Positions 29,595 through 39,044 of a stretch of 64,000 nucleotides of DNA are shown in pieces. The first letter of the stretch is position 1. The number at the start of each line of letters is the position of its first letter. The stretch is taken from positions 6,019 to 70,018 of the forward strand of contig JACQGC010000005.1 in assembly GCA_016199805.1 (NCBI GenBank), written 5' to 3'. The DNA is from Candidatus Nomurabacteria bacterium (GTDB lineage: Bacteria; Patescibacteriota; Minisyncoccia; Phycocordibacterales; UBA9973). A program made the position numbers and the translations under genes. Below the pieces are notes generated by a model. It did no database searches. It was not told the origin of the DNA and saw nothing but the letters and a program-made list of their open reading frames with translations.

Positions 29595-32500
29595 TTACTC
29601 TTTCGACTTTTTTAAATCTACATCCAGCGCCAACCCACGCAGATAGTTTAGGAGCACGTTGAATGATGCGGGAGAATTTGGCGGTCTGATTGTTTCGTTT
29701 TTGATAATGGAATCAAAAGTAGCCGAACGGCCCAGTATGTCGTCGGACTTGATGGTCAACATTTCACGCAAGGTATAAGCGGCACCGTAACCTTCGAGCG
29801 CCCAGACTTCCATTTCTCCGAATCTCTGTCCCCCGCCTTGAGCCTTTCCGCCGAGCGGTTGCTGGGTGATGAGCGAGTAGGGACCAATCGAACGCATGTG
29901 AATCTTGTCTTCCACCATGTGGTGCAGCTTGAGCATGTACATATAACCCACGGCTACGTCTTGCTGGAAGGGCTCTCCGGTGCGTCCGTCAAAAAGTTTC
30001 AATTTACCATTTTCCGGAAGTCCCGCTTTCTTCAACTCTTCTTTTATTTCTTCATGTTTGGCTCCCAAGAATGGAGGAACTATCGCCTGATAACCGAGAG
30101 AGTTTGCGGCCATACCAAGGTGCATTTCCAAAATCTGTCCTAGGTTCATACGAGAAGGCACGCCGAGTGGTGACAATATAATATCTACCGGTGTACCGTC
30201 GGCCATGTAAGGCATATCTTCTTCGGGCAAAATCGTGGAGATGACTCCTTTGTTTCCGTGTCTGCCGGAAAGTTTGTCGCCGACGGAAATATTTCTGATT
30301 TGCGCCACCTCAATGACTATCTTTTTGATGATTCCGGCTTCCAGCATGTGTCCCAAATCTCGAGAAAATACTTTTACACCGATGATACGTCCACGCTTGC
30401 CGTGCTCCATGCGCAGGGATGTGTCTTTCACGTCTCGGGCTTTTTCAGCAAAGATGGAACGGAGGAGTCTTTCTTCCGGAGTGAGTTCCGTCTCTCCTTT
30501 CGGTGTAATCTTGCCGACCAAGATATCATTTTCTCGGACTTCGGCTCCTATGCGCACCACTCCGTCTTCATCCAAATCTTTTAGCTTCAGTTCTCCGACG
30601 TTTGGAATATCGCGGGTAGTGATTTCGGGTCCGAGCTTGGTGTCGCGGACTATGCAGGTAAACTCTTCAACATAGACGGAAGTAAATTTACTCTTCTTTA
30701 CCAACCTCTCGGAAATAATAATCGCGTCTTCGTAAGTAGAACCGGACCATGACAAAAAGGCCACAAAAATATTCTGGCCGATTGAAATCTGTCCGTTTAC
30801 TGTGCTGGTTGTATCCGCCAAAACATCCCCTTTCTTTATTTTGTCGCCGACGTTTACAAGCGGACGCTGATGAAAGATGGAAAAGTTGTTGTTTCGTAGG
30901 AAATTAACCAAAGTGTAAGTAGTTTCTTTTTTGCCTTTGACGATTATCTTTTTACCGTCCAAATATGAAACCACTCCTTCTTCGGTGGCGATGACCAATC
31001 TGCCTCCATCTCGTGAGGCCAGTTCTTCGATACCGGTGGCAACCAGTGGCATCTCCGGCAACACGCAAGGCACTGCCTGCTTCTGCATGTTACTTCCCAT
31101 GAGGGCTCGGTTTGCGTTGTTGTGTTCCAAAAATGGAACCATGGAAGTAGCTATGGAAAAGGCCTGGTTTGTAGCCACATCTATAAAATCCACCTCTTCA
31201 CGGGCAATTCGGCCCGGTTCTGTCTTGATTCTGGCTTCAACTTTTTCTTCGGTGATTTTTCCATTCTCGTCATAAGGAATACCGGCATGGGCTATGTTGT
31301 ATTTTTCTTCTTCGAGCGCGTTTAGGTAAACCATCTCTCCTGTGATGACACCTTTTTTGACCTTGATGTACGGAGTCTCGATAATTCCGAAATCATTTAT
31401 TTTTGCATAAGTTGCCAAGTGCAAAATGAGTCCGATGTTTGGACCTTCCGGGGTGTGAATCGGGCAAACTCGGCCATAGTGTGAAGGGTGCACATCGCGC
31501 ACTTCCAGTCCGGCTCGTTCACGGGTAAGACCTCCGGGTCCTAGAGCCGAGAGCAAGCGCATGTTTTCCATTTCCGACAGCACGTTTTCCTGCCCCATAA
31601 ATTGTGACAGCTGGTTGGTGGTGAAAAATTCTTTGATGCGGGCTTGCAATGGGCGCTGGTTGATGATGGCAATCGGCATGGCCGTGTCGACATCGATGAT
31701 AGACATTCTGTCTTGAATGTTTCTCTTTATCTGCATCATACCGGTGCGGACTTTTTGCTGGAGAATTTCTCCGACAAAACGCACGCGTCTTTGGCCCAAG
31801 TGGTCTATGTCGTCGGCCTTGGCTGTCGGAGTGTTGTTCAAACTGATGATGTGTGCTATCACCGTCACCAAGTCTTCTCTGGAGATGGTTCGGCGGGCCA
31901 TTTCTACTTCACCCATATCTTTGCCGAATCTTTGGTTAAACCTGAATCGTCCAACCGGAGAAAGGTCGTAACGCTCCGCGGTAAACAAGGAATTGATGAA
32001 TTCTTTGGCATTGTCGGCTGTAGCCATATCGCCGTCTCGGAGACGTTTATAAATCTCAATATACGCTTCGCTTAAAGTCTTTATTCCGTCTTTAGCCAGA
32101 GTTGCCTTGATGATTCCTTCCGCAACGGTGTCTTTATTGAAAGCCTTTATTATTTCGCCGTCATTTTCATAGCCCATGGCCCGCAGAAGCGCGGTAGCCG
32201 GGAATTTTCTTTTTTTGTCTATTCTGATGTAAATTCCCCCGTCCGATTCGGATTCTATTTCAATCCAGACTCCTCGGGCCGGAATAATTTTCGCGCCGAA
32301 ATATCTGTTGCCCTTGCTTTCGGATTCGGTAAAGAAAACTCCGAAGCTTCGCGCGAGCTGTGGCACGATCACCCGCTCCACACCGTTGATGATGAAAGTT
32401 CCATGGTCGGTCATGAGTGGAAGCTCCGACATAAAAATCTCCTGTTCCTTGACAGTGCCCAAAATTTTGTTCGTCAGCTTTACCCGCGCTTTTAGAAGCC

Positions 32501-32759
32501 CGTGATAGGAAAGCTTATTTATTTTGGAATCGTTCTCGTTGGTTTTGGATTCACTCAAAGAGAAAGAAGTGAATTCCAATTGGAATTTTTTCGTGGAGTA
32601 ATCGACAATCGGAGAAAATTCTTTGAAGACTTCTCCGATACCGGTTTCCACCAGCCATTTGAAACTCTTTTGTTGAGCCTCGATTAGATTTGGAAAAGCC
32701 ACGAGCGGCTTTTTGTACCGGCTAAAATACTTCTTCGGACGAGCTGTGCTTTTTTGCAT
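29595..32759 (-). CDS. rpoB: DNA-directed RNA polymerase beta subunit.
   Basis: Conserved RpoB blocks are present ([41 protein letters not shown]). It is directly upstream of rpoC. Confidence 0.97.
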   Translation of the reverse strand: [1054 protein letters not shown]

Positions 32760-32974
32760 AGTTTTTTGCTCTAAACAAAAAAACAGACGCAGAGATGACA
32801 GGGAAAAACAGACGAAAAATGCTTTTCTCTAGCTTCTCTTGAATCTTTCCTTATTTAGATGATTAAGTTAAAAACCCTATTAATATACGCTAATAATATA
32901 AACAGGATTGCATCCGATACTCAATCAATGAATCTCGAATAGCCTACTCTTTTTTTGCTTTTTTGTCAAGCAAA

Positions 32975-33235
32975 TTATCCGTACAGTTCCGGATGTGTGC
33001 CGATGTCGTAAAAAACTACTTTATCTTCAGCAATATATTTGAAAATCGCCCGAAAGTTGCCGGTTATGTTTATACTACTATACCCTGCATATTCTCCGTG
33101 CAATTCATGATTTTTTAGAATTGGGTGATATAAATTTACTTTAAATAGTTCTAATCTTTCAAAAAATTTATCTACTACCCTTTTAGGAATTTTTTTGATT
33201 TTTTTATTAAAATCGTGAGAATAAGAAATTTGCAT
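32975..33235 (-). CDS. Type II toxin of the RelE/ParE (YafQ-like) family.
   Basis: It is 86 aa. It shows the RelE-like pattern (KKIPKRVVDKFFERLELF...GNFRAIFKYIAEDKVVFYDIGTH). It lies immediately downstream of a DinJ-like antitoxin. Confidence 0.6.
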   Translation of the reverse strand: MQISYSHDFNKKIKKIPKRVVDKFFERLELFKVNLYHPILKNHELHGEYAGYSSINITGNFRAIFKYIAEDKVVFYDIGTHPELYG

Positions 33236-33238
33236 AAA

Positions 33239-33511
33239 TTATACATCCATGGCTTTTCTCATTTCCTTCATGTCAGTATAGAATTTCAACTTACCGCTTT
33301 TTAATTCTTTTTCTCCATTTCTAATAGACCTTCTCAATCTAGCATTTGGTATTTCGGGAGTGGTAAATTCTATTCTTTTTTCGGCTATGATTTTTCTGAC
33401 CGCATGATTTAAGGCAATAGAAAGAGTCAGCCCCATTTCGTCTAGGGTTTTTATAAGTTCTTTCTTTACCTTTGGGTCCGTATTAAAATTTATTACTGCA
33501 TTGTTACTCAT
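33239..33511 (-). CDS. RelB/DinJ-family antitoxin.
   Basis: INFNTDPKVKKELIKTLDEMGLTLSIALNHAVRKII matches the DinJ ribbon-helix pattern. The start was placed at the internal Met. There is a 4-nt gap to the toxin gene. Confidence 0.55.
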   Translation of the reverse strand: MSNNAVINFNTDPKVKKELIKTLDEMGLTLSIALNHAVRKIIAEKRIEFTTPEIPNARLRRSIRNGEKELKSGKLKFYTDMKEMRKAMDV

Positions 33512-33551
33512 GTATACAGTATATAGTATTGTATATATAAAAGTCAAGTCT

Positions 33552-34238
33552 TTATTTGTCTCTCTTCTTCCACTCTTCTATAAGTTTATGGTTCCCGGAG
33601 AGTAAAACTTTGGGCACTCTGTAGGTTTTTATTTTTGCTTGTCCTTTCGAAGCTTTATGCAAAGAAGGATATTTCAAGATTTCTGGGCGAGTGTAAACTT
33701 CACTGCTGGACACTCTTTCTTCTTCCAAGGATTCGTATTTGCCGAGCACGCCCTTGATTTGGCGAGAGATGGAATCTATGAGCACCATCGCCGGCAGCTC
33801 GCCGCCGGTTAAGATGTAGTCCCCTATTGAAAACTTCTTGGTTTTTAAAATTTTATCTATCCTGGCGTCTATGCCCTCATACCGCCCACAGATTAAAATA
33901 ATATCCGTATATTTTTTGGAAAGTGTTTTTGCGGAATCAGTAGTAAATTTAGGCGCGCTTGGAATGAAATTTATAATTAGAGTTTTTTTGCTCTTAATTT
34001 TTTTCACTGCTGCTTCCACTGCTTTTAAAATCGGCTCCGCCCGCATGACCATACCCGGTCCCCCGCCATATGGCTTATCGTCCACGGGACGGTAATTGTT
34101 TTTGGGAGCTTTAATGAAGTCTCTCGGATTATAAAATTTTACCGAGATAAGTTTGTTTTCCGCCGCCCGCCCTAAAATGGACTCTTTTAGATAAGAATCA
34201 AACATTTCCGGAAAAATTGTGATTATATGAAAACGCAT
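33552..34238 (-). CDS. trmD: tRNA (guanine37-N1)-methyltransferase TrmD.
   Basis: MRFHIITIFPEMF...ICGRYEGIDARI is the SPOUT/TrmD signature. It sits in the rpsP-KH-trmD operon context. Confidence 0.9.
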   Translation of the reverse strand: MRFHIITIFPEMFDSYLKESILGRAAENKLISVKFYNPRDFIKAPKNNYRPVDDKPYGGGPGMVMRAEPILKAVEAAVKKIKSKKTLIINFIPSAPKFTTDSAKTLSKKYTDIILICGRYEGIDARIDKILKTKKFSIGDYILTGGELPAMVLIDSISRQIKGVLGKYESLEEERVSSSEVYTRPEILKYPSLHKASKGQAKIKTYRVPKVLLSGNHKLIEEWKKRDK

Positions 34239-34290
34239 AAATACATCATAACAAAAATCCCCTCAGGATTTCTCTTGGGGGGATTTTTCT

Positions 34291-34668
34291 TTAAATTCCT
34301 TTTAGGTCTTCCATCGCCTGGTCTACTGTTTTCATCGTCGGAGCGGCGCTCATTGGTCGGTCAGGTCTGGTATAAGTCTGGCTTCCTTGAGTGCTTTCGG
34401 TTCTCTCTGGTCGGGTGCTTCCTTCTGGTTCATTGATTTTCAAATTAACGCGGGCGTTGTTCTTCATACCGATGATACGCAAGAGAGTGCGGATGGCCTT
34501 GGCGGTGTTGCCCATTCGGCCGATAATCTTACCCATGTCGGCAGGATTTACGGTGAGAGTGATAAGCACGCCCATCTCGTCCACAGTTCTTTCGATTTTT
34601 ACATCATTCGGATTGTCTACTAATGCCTTCACTACGTACTCTAGAAATACTTGATCAGCTTCTTGCAT
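34291..34668 (-). CDS. KH-domain RNA-binding protein (YlqC/UPF0109-like).
   Basis: GKIIGRMGNTAKAIRTLL is a KH GxxG loop. It sits in the conserved position between rpsP and trmD. Confidence 0.75.
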   Translation of the reverse strand: MQEADQVFLEYVVKALVDNPNDVKIERTVDEMGVLITLTVNPADMGKIIGRMGNTAKAIRTLLRIIGMKNNARVNLKINEPEGSTRPERTESTQGSQTYTRPDRPMSAAPTMKTVDQAMEDLKGI

Positions 34669-34758
34669 ATATATAAAACTATTTTAAATTTCTAATTTGC
34701 AGTGTTACGACTTGCTGCATGTCTGTATATTATAACCGACCCGCCAAAGGCGGGCAAG

Positions 34759-35067
34759 TTATTTCTTTGCTTTCAACTCTTTTCTCTTCATTGTCGGCTT
34801 TTTCTTCGGCAATACGTTTATTTTCTTGCCTTCAATTATTTTATCGTGCACTAAAAAGTTGTGCATAGTGTCCGAACATTGCGCGCCCTGGCTCATCCAA
34901 TATTTTATCCTGTCGGCGAGTAAATTTTTCTCTCCGGCCTTGGGATTGTAGGTACCCAATATTTCTAAAAATCTTCCGCTCTTGGTGCTATTCTTGGAAT
35001 CGGTCAAAACCGCCCGAAATGACGGGTCGTTCTTTCTGCCTATTCTCTGAAGTCTTATTTTTAACAT
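34759..35067 (-). CDS. rpsP: 30S ribosomal protein S16.
   Basis: The MLKIRLQRIGRKNDPSFRAVLTDS N-terminus is canonical for S16. Confidence 0.92.
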   Translation of the reverse strand: MLKIRLQRIGRKNDPSFRAVLTDSKNSTKSGRFLEILGTYNPKAGEKNLLADRIKYWMSQGAQCSDTMHNFLVHDKIIEGKKINVLPKKKPTMKRKELKAKK

Positions 35068-35140
35068 CCCAGTACTAAAATTTTATTAATAATGCTTATC
35101 GACATGTCCCCGTAATCAAAAATTTAGTACGGGACAGGTA
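35065..35140 (-). repeat. Copy A of a conserved ~76-nt leader element. It abuts the rpsP start codon. It contains an internal hairpin and a long-range inverted repeat.
   Basis: It shares two identical blocks (21 nt and 33 nt) with 47077..47153. Both copies begin at the ATG of the downstream gene. Confidence 0.6.
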
Positions 35141-35239
35141 AGTGTAGCTTAACATAAATTATTAAAAAGGCAAACTTGCCCGCCTGTGCGCGGGTAAAAC
35201 TAGAAAAGGCGCCGGTGCCTTTCTAGACCCCTGACGCCC

Positions 35240-35593
35240 TCAGATTTTCCCCTCTTTCTCCACCCGCCGAATCACGACGATCGGCGGCTTCTTGAAATTC
35301 TCCCAGAACTTCGTCCTCTCTTCGTCGCACTGCTTGGTGAGACGCTCAAGACGCTTCTCACTAAGACCGAGGACATTGTCTTTCACCCAACAGGAGGAAA
35401 TCGGCACAACTGCCGACTCGGCAATCACCTGTACCGGTGCCGTCTGCGCCTTGGCCCGCGGCAACAGCCACATAGACAGCGCAACGAAAAATGCAATAGC
35501 TAGCAACGGAGCCCAAATCGCCCTAACTACTGCCATGAACCGAGCTACACCAAACAGTTGCATTGAAGCATTTACGACACTCTTTTGTGACAC
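35240..35593 (-). CDS. Hypothetical small membrane protein encoded by a GC-rich (about 55%) segment.
   Basis: The ORF has a TM helix. Its composition departs clearly from the neighbouring rpsP and rnr genes. Confidence 0.4.
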   Translation of the reverse strand: MSQKSVVNASMQLFGVARFMAVVRAIWAPLLAIAFFVALSMWLLPRAKAQTAPVQVIAESAVVPISSCWVKDNVLGLSEKRLERLTKQCDEERTKFWENFKKPPIVVIRRVEKEGKI

Positions 35594-35684
35594 AGAACTC
35601 TCCTCGGGGAAAAATCCCCATTAGTCCGAATTGAGTATAACACATTTTACCCCTATCGTCAATGCATATTTTGTGCTATATTGT

Positions 35685-37637
35685 ATGGAAGTGAAAAATA
35701 AACCTCACAAGCAAATAAATAAAGTTCAGGGCACCATCTCCATTTCTGGAAAAGGCACCGGGTATGTGAAAGTATTGGGCTACGAGGAAGACCCGGAAAT
35801 CGATTTCAAACATTTAAACACTGCCCTGCAAGGTGACACCGTGGAAATAATTTTGCACGGAAAAGGAAAAAGCCGACTCACGGCGGAAGTTTCAAAAATA
35901 ATCACGCGCGCCAAAACCCGATTTGCCGGAGTGCTGGAGGCCGAAGACGGTGTGTTTTTCTTAAAGCCGGACGACACAAAAATGTATACGGATATTTTAA
36001 TCCCCAAAGAAAATTTGCACGGCGCAAAGGTGGGACAAAAAGTTTTCGTGGAAATGATTTCTTGGACCGACGCTTCCAAGGCTCCGCTTGGAAAAATAAT
36101 AAAAATTCTGGGCCGTCCCGGCGACAACAATACCGAGATGTATTCCATCGCTATGGAAAAAGGTTTTGACGCCGAGCTTCCCCAAAAAGTGGAAGCTGAA
36201 GCGAGGAAAATAAAACAGGATGGAATCAAAAGTGAGGATTATATTGGCCGCCGGGATTTCCGTAAAACTCTCACCTTTACGATTGATCCATCGGATGCAA
36301 AAGATTTTGATGATGCATTGTCATTTAGGGAAATAAATAAAGAAGAATATGAAATCGGCATCCACATCGCCGACGTGTCGCATTATGTCAAAATCGGTAG
36401 CGCCTTAGACGTGGAGGCTCGCGGACGCGGAACTTCGGTTTACTTGGTAGACAGAACCATTCCAATGTTGCCGGAGGTATTGTCCAACGATTTGTGTTCT
36501 CTGGTGCCAAACAAAGACCGCTTGACTATGAGCGCCGTTTTTGTGATTGATAAAAATGCTCAGGTGAAGACACAATGGTTTGGCCGCACCGTCATTCATT
36601 CGCAAAAGAGATTCACTTATGAAGGCGCCGAGGAATCTATCCAAAAACCCACCGCCCCACTACACAAAGAACTTTCAATCCTGAATAATTTGGCAAAAAA
36701 ACTAACCAAAGAAAGATTCGCCCGGGGTGCCATATCGCTGGACCAAGAAGAAGTAAAATTCGTGCTGGACGATAAAGGCACACCGATAAAAGTTATAAAA
36801 AAAGAACGGGGTGATTCAAACAGACTGATTGAGGAATTTATGTTGCTGGCAAATAAAAAAGTGGCAGAGATACTTTCTCCTAAAAAAACAAAAGGCAAAA
36901 AAGATAATCAACAAGACGGTAGTGTCTCTATTTACCGCGTGCATGACCTGCCGAGTAAAGAAAAAATGATTGACTTGGCGTTCTTTCTGCGCAGTTTGGG
37001 ACATAAAGTAACTCTCCAAAATGGAGTGATTCCAACTTATGAAATAAATAAATTACTAACAAGCTTGGCTGGCAAGAACGAAGAAGACACAGTGCAAAGA
37101 GCTGTGATACGCTCCATGGCCAAGGCTATTTACTCTACGAAGAATATTGGACACTATGGATTGGCTTTTGAATACTACACTCACTTCACTTCCCCTATCC
37201 GGCGTTACCCGGACATTATGATTCACCGATTGCTCGCGAATTATTTGACCGGAAAAAAAGTAAAACAAGAAAAACTTTGGGAATACGAAAAATTGGCTAT
37301 TATTTCTTCGGAACAAGAAAAGCGCGCCTCCGACGCCGAACGCGCATCCATAAAATACAAGCAAGTAGAATATATGAGCAAACGCTTGGGCAAAAGTTTC
37401 GAAGGAGTGATAAGCGGGGTGACCCAGTGGGGCATGTACGTGGAAGAAATTGAAACCAAATGTGAAGGACTGGTGCGGGTGCGGGATATGAACGACGATT
37501 TTTATGTCTTTAACGAAAAGAAATTGGAGCTGGTGGGACAAAAAAAGAAAAAGAAATATCGCCTGGGTGGCAAGGTTAAAATAAAAGTCGCCACCGTAGA
37601 CTTGGAGAAGAAAACAATTGACTATGTCTTGGTATGA
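35685..37637 (+). CDS. rnr: Ribonuclease R (RNB family 3'-5' exoribonuclease) with a C-terminal S1 domain.
   Basis: It has the RNB catalytic region (DPSDAKDFDDALS...HIADVSHYV...YRVHD) and a C-terminal S1 domain. The start was chosen at the Met of MEVKNKPHK (35685). Confidence 0.85.
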   Translation: MEVKNKPHKQINKVQGTISISGKGTGYVKVLGYEEDPEIDFKHLNTALQGDTVEIILHGKGKSRLTAEVSKIITRAKTRFAGVLEAEDGVFFLKPDDTKMYTDILIPKENLHGAKVGQKVFVEMISWTDASKAPLGKIIKILGRPGDNNTEMYSIAMEKGFDAELPQKVEAEARKIKQDGIKSEDYIGRRDFRKTLTFTIDPSDAKDFDDALSFREINKEEYEIGIHIADVSHYVKIGSALDVEARGRGTSVYLVDRTIPMLPEVLSNDLCSLVPNKDRLTMSAVFVIDKNAQVKTQWFGRTVIHSQKRFTYEGAEESIQKPTAPLHKELSILNNLAKKLTKERFARGAISLDQEEVKFVLDDKGTPIKVIKKERGDSNRLIEEFMLLANKKVAEILSPKKTKGKKDNQQDGSVSIYRVHDLPSKEKMIDLAFFLRSLGHKVTLQNGVIPTYEINKLLTSLAGKNEEDTVQRAVIRSMAKAIYSTKNIGHYGLAFEYYTHFTSPIRRYPDIMIHRLLANYLTGKKVKQEKLWEYEKLAIISSEQEKRASDAERASIKYKQVEYMSKRLGKSFEGVISGVTQWGMYVEEIETKCEGLVRVRDMNDDFYVFNEKKLELVGQKKKKKYRLGGKVKIKVATVDLEKKTIDYVLV

Positions 37638-38623
37638 GTAAAAAGATTTACATATTTATAATTCTTCTCGCTCTACTCTTCCCTATTCCTCTTTTGGTGG
37701 AAGAAAAAATCAAAACAATCGAAACCAAGGCTGAACCAGATTTTATCAACATGGCTTTCGAGGGCGATATCATGCTCGACCGTGGAGTAAGGAATTCTGT
37801 CACCAAAAACTTTGCGGGAGATTACTCGCAGTTATTTAAAAACGCGGATATATTAAAAAAGTTCGATATAGTTTTCGCCAACCTGGAAGGCACCGCCTCG
37901 GACAAAGGTAAAAACGCGGGAAGTATTTATTCTTTTCACATGGACCCGGCCGTCATTCCGGTATTGAAAGGAGCCGGCATAAATATATTATCCGTGGCCA
38001 ATAACCATGTCGCCGACTGGGGTTTAAAAGCATATGTAGATAATCTCGCGCGATTAAAAACAGCTGGGATACCTTATGCTGGAGGCGGACAAAATAAAAC
38101 CGAAGCGGAGACACCGACCATTATTATAAAACATGGTATAAAAATTGGATTCCTGGGTTTCTCAGACGTCGGTCCCGACTATATGCAGGCGAGCGAAACC
38201 AGAGCTGGTATACTTTCCGCCAAAGGCCCAAATTTTGATGAAATAATAAAAAATGCCGCAGCACAAGTGGATTTCCTGATTGTCTCATTTCATTTCGGTA
38301 CGGAATACAAAACCATGCACAACAAGAGGCAAGAATATTTGGCGCACGAAGCGGTGGACGATGGAGCAAAGATAGTCATCGGCGCGCACCCGCACGTGGT
38401 GGAAGATTTTGAGACTTACAAAAATAGTTTCATAGCTTATTCCCTGGGAAATTTTATCTTTGACCAGTCATGGAGCGAGCCGACGATGAAAGGAATGTTG
38501 CTTGAAATAAAATTATATAAAAATGGCGAAATGGCTGTGACCAAAGACCCAACGCAACTGAATTCATTTTTTCAGCTGGAAAAAATAATTGAAGGCGAAG
38601 AAGAAAAAGTGGTTTTTGAATAA
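37634..38623 (+). CDS. CapA/PGA_cap-family metallophosphatase-like protein (poly-gamma-glutamate/capsule biosynthesis type).
   Basis: It has an N-terminal TM. The blocks FEGDIMLDRGV...FANLEGTASDKG...SVANNHVADWG are CapA-family motifs. It overlaps the rnr stop by 4 nt. Confidence 0.65.
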   Translation: MSKKIYIFIILLALLFPIPLLVEEKIKTIETKAEPDFINMAFEGDIMLDRGVRNSVTKNFAGDYSQLFKNADILKKFDIVFANLEGTASDKGKNAGSIYSFHMDPAVIPVLKGAGINILSVANNHVADWGLKAYVDNLARLKTAGIPYAGGGQNKTEAETPTIIIKHGIKIGFLGFSDVGPDYMQASETRAGILSAKGPNFDEIIKNAAAQVDFLIVSFHFGTEYKTMHNKRQEYLAHEAVDDGAKIVIGAHPHVVEDFETYKNSFIAYSLGNFIFDQSWSEPTMKGMLLEIKLYKNGEMAVTKDPTQLNSFFQLEKIIEGEEEKVVFE

Positions 38624-38670
38624 AAACGAGTTTGCTCCCGGCAGGTAGGACCTGTCCGGGCGCGTGATTG

Positions 38671-38997
38671 TTACGACACATTGCTATGGGCAGCCGCGAG
38701 ACCTGGCTCTCCTTCTGAGTAGGACAATCCGTACGTCCCGACCCACACTGCTTCCGCGCCTCCTTTCTCGACAGCTTCCACCGCTCCATCCAACAACATT
38801 GCCGGGAAGTGCCGGGAAATATCTTCCCTTTTAATCACCTCCCACTCGTCGTCGTACTCATGCAGCTCACCACCAGGAGTTTTGAATGAAAACCCCCCAT
38901 TGGTTACGCTAAGGACCGCCTGCAAGTTGACACCCGCGAAGCAGTCCGCTTTGCCCCGCTCCGCGGGGTCTTCAAAAAATAACAGAACAAAAGTCAT
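38671..38997 (-). CDS. Hypothetical protein on a GC-rich (about 55-60%) island.
   Basis: It is a 108-aa ORF. The composition of 38640-38990 is sharply different from the flanks. No motif was recognised. Confidence 0.35.
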   Translation of the reverse strand: MTFVLLFFEDPAERGKADCFAGVNLQAVLSVTNGGFSFKTPGGELHEYDDEWEVIKREDISRHFPAMLLDGAVEAVEKGGAEAVWVGTYGLSYSEGEPGLAAAHSNVS

Positions 38998-39044
38998 AAT
39001 TCACCTAATTATGATATTCTTCCTTTTTAGAATTTTGTCAAACC

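Noticed and set aside
34741-35195. Short GC hairpins sharing CTTGCCCGCC...GGCGGG on both sides of rpsP, considered as terminators or an additional repeat family.
   Set aside because: They are only 2 copies. The stems are short (5-6 bp) and lack clear U-tracts on the gene-sense strand. I noted them as possible relatives of the GC-rich palindromes but there is insufficient evidence to call a feature.
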